A DNA stretch of 64,000 nucleotides from Macrostomum lignano. Taxonomy: Eukaryota. This document shows, piece after piece, positions 50,670 through 64,000 of this stretch (position 1 is its first letter; each line of letters opens with the position of its first letter). The notes under the pieces are model-generated. The model had not been told where the DNA came from and did no database searches. It worked only from the letters and a program-made list of their open reading frames with translations. Both the position numbers and the translations under genes were made by a program. Location of the stretch: assembly GCA_002269645.1 (NCBI GenBank), contig NIVC01000248.1:62001-126000 (forward strand), read 5' to 3'.

Positions 50670-51040
50670 GATTGGATTATCAGGCTATTGGGAGATTCTT
50701 CCCCGTGATTTTGTATCTCAATAATCTGATAATCTCACTGGGGAGAAATCCCCCAATATCCTGATAATCCCATTTGGGAAGAATCCTAATAGCCTGATAA
50801 TCCCATTTGGGAATAATCTCCCAATAGCTCGCTAATCCCACTAGGGAATAATCTCCCAATAGTCCGCTAATCCCACTAGGGAATAATCTCTCAATAGCCT
50901 GATATTCCCATTTGGGAATAATCTCCCAATAGCCCGCTAAACCCACTAGGGAATAATCTCCCAATAGTCCGCTAATCCCACTAGGGAATAATCTCCCAAT
51001 AGCCTGATAATCCCATGGGTGAAGAATCTCCCAATAATCT
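50670..51040. repeat. ~35-bp minisatellite (TAATCCCACTAGGGAATAATCTCCCAATAGTCCGC)
   Basis: Tandem units just 3' of the Tec stop codon. Confidence 0.85.
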
Positions 51041-51714
51041 GAGGATCTCGTGGGAGTGTTCGAGCACCTGATGAAGGAAGCTGGCAGCTGCTCAGTAGCC
51101 TACCTGAGTGATGCTCAGTGTCGCGAATCTCACGCTAGTTCAGTATTTTGATTGTTTTGCCCTCAATGATTTATTGTGGTCCATCCGATGTGCTGGAGAA
51201 TCTGCCAGCATCCGACTGAGGACCCGGGGCCGGTGCCTCCCTTTGTTTGCCGCCTCTGCCCCCCCCCCCGTCTTTCCCAACTCTCGCCGCTTCGCTTCGC
51301 TTCCTGATTAAAGCTGAGGGTGCTAAAAACTTCCTGTGTCCACTTGCCGCTTTGGGTATACTACTTGTAGTAGCAGAAAGTATGCAGAATTTATAACAGA
51401 ATACAATGTGTTTTTCTAAATATAATTTTTTATCTTGCAAATCTTTTTAACGTAGACTCTTGAGGATGTACGGCTAAAATGCTTTATTTTGTTATCTGTA
51501 GACACGCCTCGCTGTATTATATATTGTAGCTTGTGTGTCCAGCGCTGTTCAGACCCCGTGTGTAATGAATATTTCGGTGAAACAGTAAGCTAATGTTTTT
51601 GCTAGTTTTATTTATATACCTGTTAATTTTTTTCTGATTTCGAAAATTCACTCAAATCCTATCCTTATCAGATCTCAATACTCGGACTTTGAGTCCCAGA
51701 TGTGCTAGAATGTT

Positions 51715-52615
51715 GAACCTTGAACCCCTAAAATCCCTGATCCTGAACCCTTTGAGTCCCAGATACTGGACCCTTTGAGTCCCAGATCCTGAACCCTTTG
51801 AGTCCCAGATCCTGAACCCTTTGAGTTCCAGATCCTGAACCCTTTGAGTTCCAGATCCTGAACCCTTTGAGTCCCAGATCCTGAACCCTTTGAGTCCCAG
51901 ATCCTGGACCCTTTGAGTCCCAGATCCTGAACCCTTTGAGTCCCAGATCCTGAACCCTTTGAGTCCCAGATCCTGAACCCTTTGAGTCCCAGATCCTGAA
52001 CCCTTTGAGTCCCAGATCCTGAACCCTTTGAGTCCCAGATCCTGAACCCTTTGAGCCCCAGATCCTGAACCCTTTGAGTCCCAGATCCTTAACTCTAAAT
52101 CCCAGATACTGAACCCTTTGAGTCCCAGATCCTGAACTCTAAATCCCAGATACTGAATCCTTTGAATCCCAGATCCTGAACCCTTTGAATCCCAGATCCT
52201 GAACCCTTTGAATCCCAGATCCTGAACTCTAGATTCCAGATACTGAACCCTTTGAATCCCAGATCCTGGACCCTTTGAATCCCAGATCCTGAACTCTAAA
52301 TCCCATATCCTGAACTCTAGATCCCAGATACTGAATCCTTTGAATCCCAGATCCTGAACTCTGGATCCCAGATACTGAATCCTTTGAATCCCAGATCCTG
52401 AACTCTAGATTCCAGATACTGAACCCTTTGAATCCCAGATCCTGGACCCTTTGAATCCCAGATCCTGAACTCTAAATCCCATATCCTGAACTCTAGATCC
52501 CAGATACTGAATCCTTTGAATCCCAGATCCTGAACTCTGGATCCCAGATACTGAATCCTTTGAATCCCAGATCCTGAACTCTAGATTCCAGATCATGAAG
52601 TCTAGATCTCAAGTC
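51715..52615. repeat. 23-bp minisatellite CCCAGATCCTGAACCCTTTGA(G/A)T with variant units
   Basis: Tandem repetition visible. Confidence 0.93.
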
Positions 52616-53084
52616 ATGAACCCAGATCATGCACTTTATATTCAGCTTTAAATTCACACTGGTTCATTTTTCAAAATTATCAAGCAGTAATTTCAGTCCT
52701 ACATGTGAAATTTGTCCATAAAGCTTGCGTCTTAACCATCTGTTTCGCCTTCTCATAATTAGTTTTATTAGCCCGCTACTGGCAATCGTAGTGTACTTCA
52801 CACTGCATTCACCATCGCTGTTCACCATCTAGCTCATTCTTTGCTGTTGTCTAGCTTTTTAAAGCGCTTCTATTTTCACAATCCCAGTTGCATTCTGCTC
52901 TGCTTGCGTCCCGTCTTCCTCTTTGAAAAAGCAAAATTTTTCTCAAGTTGGGTCAGTTTTGTTCAACCTGCTGCTGAGTTTTCTTACCACATTTTGCCAA
53001 TTTCCATTCATCAGCTTTGAGTCTCCTTAACTTAATTGTCGTTTGTTCAATCTGCTTGGATGCAGTTCACTTGGCCTGTCGCTG

Positions 53085-54372
53085 AGTCGCCCTTGCCCCT
53101 CGGGTCATTCCTGAGAATCGCCCTTGCCCCTCGGGTCATTCCTGAGAATCGCCCTTGCCCCTCGGGTCATTCCTGAGAATTGCCCTTGCCCCTCGGGTCA
53201 TTACTGAGAATCGCCCTTGCCCGTCGGGTCATTCCTGAGAATCGCCCTTGCCCCTCGGGTCATTCTCACAGACGCCCCTATGCCATCTGTGAGAATCGCC
53301 CCTATGCCATGTGTGAGAATCGCCCCTATGCCATCTGTGAGAATCGCCCCTATGCCATGTGTGAGAATCGCCCCTATGCCATCTGTGAGAATCGCCCCTA
53401 TGCCATGTGTGAGAATCGCCCCTATGCCATCTGTGAGAATCGCCCCTATGCCATGTGTGAGAATCGCCCCTATGCCATCTGTGAGAATCGCCCCTATGCC
53501 ATGTGTGAGAATCGCCCCTATGCCATCTGTGAGAATCGCCCCTATGCCATCTGTGAGAATCGCCCCTATGCCATGTGTGAGAATCGCCCCTATGCCATCT
53601 GTGAGAATCGCCCCTATGCCATCTGTGAGAATCGCCCCTATGCCATGTGTGAGAATCGCCCCTATGCCATCTGTGAGAATCGCCCCTATGCCATGTGTGA
53701 GAATCGCCCCTATGCCATCTGTGAGAATCGCCCCTATGCCATCTGTGAGAATCGCCCCTATGCCATCTGTGAGAATCGCCCCTATGCCATGTGTGAGAAT
53801 CGCCCCTATGCCATCTGTGAGAATCGCCCCTATGCCATCTGTGAGAATCGCCCCTATGCCATCTGTGAGAATCGCCCCTATGCCATCTGTGAGAATCGCC
53901 CCTATGCCATCTGTGAGAATCGCCCCTATGCCATCTGTGAGAATCGCCCCTATGCCATCTGTGAGAATCGCCCCTATGCCATCTGTGAGAATCGCCCCTA
54001 TGCCATCTGTGAGAATCGCCCCTATGCCATCTGTGAGAATCGCCCCTATGCCATCTGTGAGAATCGCCCCTATGCCATCTGTTAGAATCGCCCCTATGCC
54101 ATCTGTGAGAATCGCCCCTATGCCATCTGTTAGAATCGCCCCTATGCCATCTGTGAGAATCGCCCCTATGCCATGTGTGAGAATCGCCCCTATGCCATCT
54201 GTGAGAATCGCCCCTATGCCATCTGTGAGAATCGCCCCTATGCCATGTGTGAGAATCGCCCCTATGCCATCTGTGGGAATCGCCCCTATGCCATGTGTGA
54301 GAATCGCCCCTATGCCATCTGTGAGAATCGCCCCTATGCCATCTGTGAGAATCGCCCCTATGGTGTGAGAAT
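53085..54372. repeat. Highly homogeneous 24-bp minisatellite GAGAATCGCCCCTATGCCAT(C/G)TGT, preceded by a related CCCTTGCCCCTCGGGTCATT variant block
   Basis: About 45 near-identical units; ORFs 53180 and 53217 are its translations. Confidence 0.95.
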
Positions 54373-55805
54373 CACCCTTAGACCGTTTCTTAAATTCGAC
54401 CTTAATTTCGGTATTATGTATCAGCTTAGGCTAATGAGATGCAGTATGTAGCAATGCTATTGCTAACGCATACTAACTGACATTGCATGAAATTGCTTAT
54501 TTATAAATTATGCTTTGACTCAAATTAAACAGTCTCGCGGTAGACTTCGATTTAGTATTTGTGTATATTTAACTTGCTATCGATTTATATCCACTTATTT
54601 TGTACACAAGTTTCGAATATTATTTATAATTGTGCTCTATACTACACTATAGTAATTCTTCCGTGCAAGAATATTGAAAAGGCTTTCAAAAGCTGCCAAA
54701 CAAGCAACTGCCACACCTGGCATTGTGCATGGCTTTGTTACGAACTGATTTAATCCACCTGGATTGTAACTGCCTTGCCTTATTAAATCTCCGCTTTCAT
54801 ATAATTTAATACAGCAGTGACTTTGTTGCAGACAGATACACGCTAATTAAACAAATTTCGCACCAATTTTCAGGGTCGCAGTTGCCCATGCGTACATGTA
54901 GAGAGAGAAAGGCCGAAGTACAGAGTGCACGTCTGAACGTGTACATTGCTAGTGTAAACCCCGCCTCAAGTGGGCTTTCCCTGGAATTGCCGGCCAGGGC
55001 AAGGAGGACCGTACATGTATACATGTAGATGCTCGACTAAAAAGCTGCTTTTGTCAGTGCGCATACATGAAGTTAGCAATATATGATGTGCATTTAGTAG
55101 CAGAAAAAATGCATCTACAACTACAAGCCACACAATAGAAATTATAAATGCACAGTTTGAATTTACAATTGCATATACGCTATTGTGTTGCATTTCAGTC
55201 TGTCTTTGCCTGGAATTCTGCAGCTCGCGCTGCCTTTGATGGCTAGTGTTTTAATGTGACTTGTGGAAGCAGAAGCATACTAAACTGCTTATTTCCAAGT
55301 TGATGTATAGAGCCTATGCACAATACAAGCGGTTAAAGCATCAAGCCGGTGAAATTGTCTGAATAAAAAGACAGAGGCAGCAAGCTGCCTTCCCCTTATC
55401 TGCCTGACCATAAAAAACTACTGAGAACAGAAGGCAAGAGAAACAAGCTACTTTCCATTCCATGTGTACACTTGAGCGTTAATGCTATGTAATGCTGCTC
55501 TTTGACTTTGGCTGGGGTTGTTGAGGTGGGATAGGCTGCTATACTATTAGAAACTTGAAAAGACAGAATGGTTTGGGGGTTAACGTACATAGTGGCAAGT
55601 GTACGCACAGCCTGCTAGCTATTTGGATTGCCCACGGAATTCCCATGGAGTTTTCTCGGTATGGCCATCTGGCTTAATCGATAGCAGTTGTTGCCTTGGC
55701 TACTAGGTCTTAGGAAATGGAGTTTGTATTATTTTAATTAATATCAAAATATACTAAATACAATTACTAAGTGTTATTTGGAGTGTTGAGCATTAATTGT
55801 TATCC

Positions 55806-56726
55806 ATGTCTAAACAGACTGAAGGTCTGATTATAGCAGGCTCCTCCAAACAAAACGAGAACTTGGCGGAGCCGTTTATTGCCACTGTTGACGAGACAGA
55901 TGTAGAATTACTGGATATTCTGAAGATTAAGTCCAAGCACAAGCCCTACCATACGATAATGCGTATCTTGTTGTTCGTCTGGCCTTGTAAGTTGAAACAA
56001 GATGTGACTGCACGGCTGAGTGAATTAAGGCAGCTGAGAAGTGATGAACAGCGATCAGCGCTTCTAACTGAAAGTCCGCCTACAAAGCTGATTTGGAAGA
56101 ACCTGAACGTGGAGACTTACTATTCGTACGTCAATCGGCACAAAAGCTACGTTAAAAGGGGCTTCGAAGTCTTTAATGACTTAGTCATCTCTGCAGTAAA
56201 GCCCAGACTACACCAAGAAGGCCGCCTACTCCCCGAGTACCGCCCAGAGCAAGATCCCACTGAGGAGCAGATCGATGAGCATGATGACAGCAAGTACAGC
56301 TTTGTAGAGACTGTCACCTACGCCATGAAATGGTATCCCAATCCCTGCTTAGATGGGAGCAAGTGCGACGATGACGCCTGGGAGACTGGCCTGCACCATC
56401 ACTATTGCCACAACGAACACCACCCAGAGCACTGGGGTAACAAGCCAATGTATTGGCGCTTTATTGTGGAGGCTCTGTATGACATGGCAGCCATGGAATT
56501 GGAGAAAAAGTTCAAAGGCCAGGAGCCAGACAGCAAAGCAATGTTGCTGCAGTTTGATCCACAGTTTCTGAGGCGGTTTAAAGAGACTGGTCAGTTGGAG
56601 TTTATTGAGAAGATCATCGAGTATACAATTGAAGCCTATTGCAGACTCAATAAGCTGCCTATTCCAGCAGCACCAGCACCAGAAGCAGCAGCAGTGCCAG
56701 CAAGATCCACTAAGCCTTCTTTTTAG
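55806..56726 (+). CDS. Intronless 306-aa protein with DUF5662-like HD-type metal-binding motif set
   Basis: ATG at 55806 (ORF track starts at TTG 55797); motifs YVNRHKSYV, HDDSKY, AWETGLHHHYCHNEHHPEHW, MYWRFIVEALYDMAA; AATAAA at ~56774. Family assignment is from recalled motif pattern, not a search. Confidence 0.75.
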   Translation: MSKQTEGLIIAGSSKQNENLAEPFIATVDETDVELLDILKIKSKHKPYHTIMRILLFVWPCKLKQDVTARLSELRQLRSDEQRSALLTESPPTKLIWKNLNVETYYSYVNRHKSYVKRGFEVFNDLVISAVKPRLHQEGRLLPEYRPEQDPTEEQIDEHDDSKYSFVETVTYAMKWYPNPCLDGSKCDDDAWETGLHHHYCHNEHHPEHWGNKPMYWRFIVEALYDMAAMELEKKFKGQEPDSKAMLLQFDPQFLRRFKETGQLEFIEKIIEYTIEAYCRLNKLPIPAAPAPEAAAVPARSTKPSF

Positions 56727-59033
56727 CTTTCTTTAAGTTAGTCCAAGTTGATTCACTCAGTATCCAGTCCTCAATAAACTTAGTCTCAATAGCTAGTTCA
56801 ATTAGGCCTATAAAATTGACACTTGATTTTTTTTTAACTTTAAGTATCATAGACTACTTCTATATTTTATACAGTTAGTAAGCCTACTTGATTTATAATA
56901 CTGATATATGTTTTACACTATTGCAGTATTGGTTTTACATTGTGATTAAATAGCTAAGCATGAAATATATCATATCTAGTATCTAAGTTTTGTAATAACA
57001 TTGCTCTATAAATATATATAGTCATATATGAGTGAGTATAAATGGACTTTTGTATTTTTAATTAATGTATATTTCTGGGCTACAATTTAATTTCCCAGAT
57101 AGGCAGCTTGAGATCACTAAAGCCATTAAAAATAATCTAATTCATCATCTCTGTTATTTAATTATAATTTTTGATACTACTCAATTGGAGCCTTCAGAGT
57201 TTTCTCATCAAGAAAAGATAAAGAATAATTTAAATGAATTAACAATAATACCATTTTCTATCTGTTTAAATACAATTTATGTTAAATTTTGTCTCCAACT
57301 TTGCCAATTTTTAGAACTGTATTTCCTAACAATAAATCTGCTTGTAAAAAAACTAGAAATTAAAGTACATTTTTACATTTCTTCATTTTCTGCCTTGATT
57401 TATTTAAGTGTGTCTACCAGTATAAATGGTATTTAATAAATGAAATATAATTTTCATTTTTTGCTGTTAAATAAGTATGTTTGTGCCTGGTGCCTAAAAA
57501 ATCTTTTGTTTAATCTATATAATCTGGTTTCTTAGTATGCATTTTAGTATTATGTGTGATTGTGTAGTCTAACAGCATAAAAATTTCTAAATCTTATTGG
57601 ATAAAATGAGTCATCTTATAATTTTGCCATAATTGCTTATTAAATTGAATGACAATTTTAATACTTTAAATAGTGCTCATTATATTCATTTCTCTTGTTT
57701 AAGTTGTAAGTTTTCATTATTCAGTTTGCTTCATGCTGTGCATAATTATATATGTCATTGAAAATGCTGTTTTCCTTCATTATCAATCATAATCCTTAGT
57801 CTAACATTGGCTCTCCTATCTTTATCTTTGACTCTGTGAATAATATACATAAACTCATTATTAATTTTCTGGAGCCAAATATTGAGAAACTGGTTTCCTA
57901 AGCTGACAATTTTTGTGATTTTTTTATTTTTGAGGACAAATAAGTCTGGTGACTGGTTTTGAAAGTATCCATTTTAAGTGCTGTTCAGCTACTGCACCAA
58001 CCGCTCTCAATGATCCCATAATTGATGGGCCAAAAATAACCAAGCCAAGACTTCAGCATCAATCTGTTTTAGTTTAGCAATAAGTGAATAGTTCAAGAAT
58101 ATTTATGAATGGCAAAAATATTACATTTATTAGTCTCACCAAAGCGTTACTGCATCAAATGTACTGGGACATGCAGCAGAGCCACTTATGAATAAAAAAC
58201 AATGCATTAAGTAACCATCAGACTAAACATACAGACAGGAGGAATATTCATCAATAAACTGATTTTGGCTAATCACAGCAATAAATCCGACTACATTAAC
58301 AACGCATTCAGCACAGGTAGGAAAGCCGGCATCCGATAGGGTGAATCATGTAATGAAACCGTGGTAATCAAGCGACTAATACATATGTCAAGTATACATA
58401 ATGTATGTATACTAATACATACATGTATGTGATGTATGCATAATGTATACATACTGATACATATCATGTTTGCATAATGTATTATACTAATACATATGTC
58501 AAGTATACATAATGTATACATACTAATGTATGTCATGTGAACCGAACCCCAAGCCCAGGAGAAAGAATAGGGAGCAGGCAGCAGCGCACCTTAGTGGAAT
58601 AAAAATGGTTAATAATTCTCATGAAGCATGCCAATATAAGGTAAGAATACGCAAGATCAGAAAACTGGCACGGTCAAATTACGGGCTCTTTCATCGGCAA
58701 ATGCGACAAGGCCAAAAGACGGGTGTCTTTGGAGAACGAGGCGGAGGTTTCGCATTATGAACTCAGGGAGCAAGGAACGATCGAGAGATCTGCACGTACG
58801 AGCGTACAACTTAAAATCCCTTAGGATCCGTTTCTGATCCCAAATTCGACAAGATCCTCAACCAGTAAACTCAAATCTTAGATCCTCATCTCGAATCCCT
58901 ACAGTGCACCCCAAATCTGAGACCTTAATCACAGATACCAAATCTGAGATCCCCAATCGCAGATCCTAAATCTTAAATTCCCAAGTTCATAGATCCCAAA
59001 TCCCCGATCCGCTCCGCTCTCCTGTCCAGCTGT

Positions 59034-63440
<4,407 letters not shown>

Positions 63441-63464
63441 CTGGGGATTGCGGATTGTGAGTAC

Positions 63465-64000
63465 TAATTGATGGATTGCTAGTCTAGCTCATCAGAATTG
63501 ATGGATTGCTAGTCTAGATGATGAGAATTGATAGATTGCTAGTCTAGCTCATGAGAATTGATGGATTGCTAGTCTAGCTCATGAGAATTGATGGATTGCT
63601 AGTCTAGCTCATGAGAATTGGTGGATTGCTAGTCTAGCCCATGAGAATTGATGGATTGCTAGTCTAGCTCATGAGATTAATGGATTGCTAGTCTAGCTCA
63701 TGAGATTGATGGATTGCTAGTCTAGCTCATGAGAATTGATGGATTGCTAGTCTAGCTCATGAGATTGATGGATTGCTAGTCTAGCTCATGAGAATTGATG
63801 GATTGCTAGTCTAGCCCATGAGAATTGATGGATTGCTAATCTAGCTCATCAGAATTGATGGATTGCTAATCTAGCTCATGAGATTTGATGGATTGCTAGT
63901 CTAGCCCATGAGAATTGATGGATTGCTAGTCTAGCTCAATAAGCTCATGAGAATTGATGGATTGCTAGTCTAGCTCATCAGAATTGATGGATTGCTAGTC
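63465..64000. repeat. 30-bp intronic minisatellite GAATTGATGGATTGCTAGTCTAGCTCATGA, running off the window
   Basis: Tandem repetition visible. Confidence 0.95.

Noticed and set aside
53180-54451. Long ORFs (301 and 383 aa) with CENRPYAI / IAPMPSVR repeats
   Set aside because: They are translations of a 24-bp minisatellite; the unit is a multiple of 3, so frames stay open by default. No flanking gene structure.
57065-57436. 123-aa AT-rich ORF downstream of the DUF5662-like gene
   Set aside because: Composition (Ile/Leu/Phe/Asn-rich) is typical of random AT-rich non-coding DNA; no motifs.

Overview
Eukaryotic (metazoan) genomic DNA with GT-AG spliced genes, GC3-rich exons and introns packed with minisatellites. 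The style is most reminiscent of a free-living flatworm such as Macrostomum (inference, not verified). Genes I could build exon by exon: three paralogous membrane-anchored GH3-family (GHDC-like) acyl-adenylate/amido-synthetase genes (392-4384 +, 6902-9847 + with a 1-nt frameshift, 20376-17797 -); an orphan two-exon gene (12766-13970 +); a catalytic-domain-only class I phosphodiesterase with an enlarged H-loop (-); an alpha-2-adrenergic-like GPCR (-); a complete Tec/Btk kinase (37984-50607 +); and the 3' part of rabaptin-5 with a C-terminal FYVE-like finger (-). An intronless 306-aa ORF (55806-56726) carries a DUF5662-like HD-type motif set that I know mainly from bacteria, phages and large DNA viruses; it is the best candidate for a horizontally acquired or novel gene. 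Mobile DNA: a hAT-type foldback element with 8-bp TSD, a CAC...GTG long-TIR element, a CORE-type SINE, RNase H-bearing LINE pieces, and an unclassified 3.65-kb TG...CA element with AATT TSD. An AT-rich domain at about 31-38 kb shows directional CpA/TpG-to-TpA decay and strong TAGGCCTA enrichment. No CRISPR array, rRNA or intact tRNA was found. All calls come from manual reading; no database searches were run.
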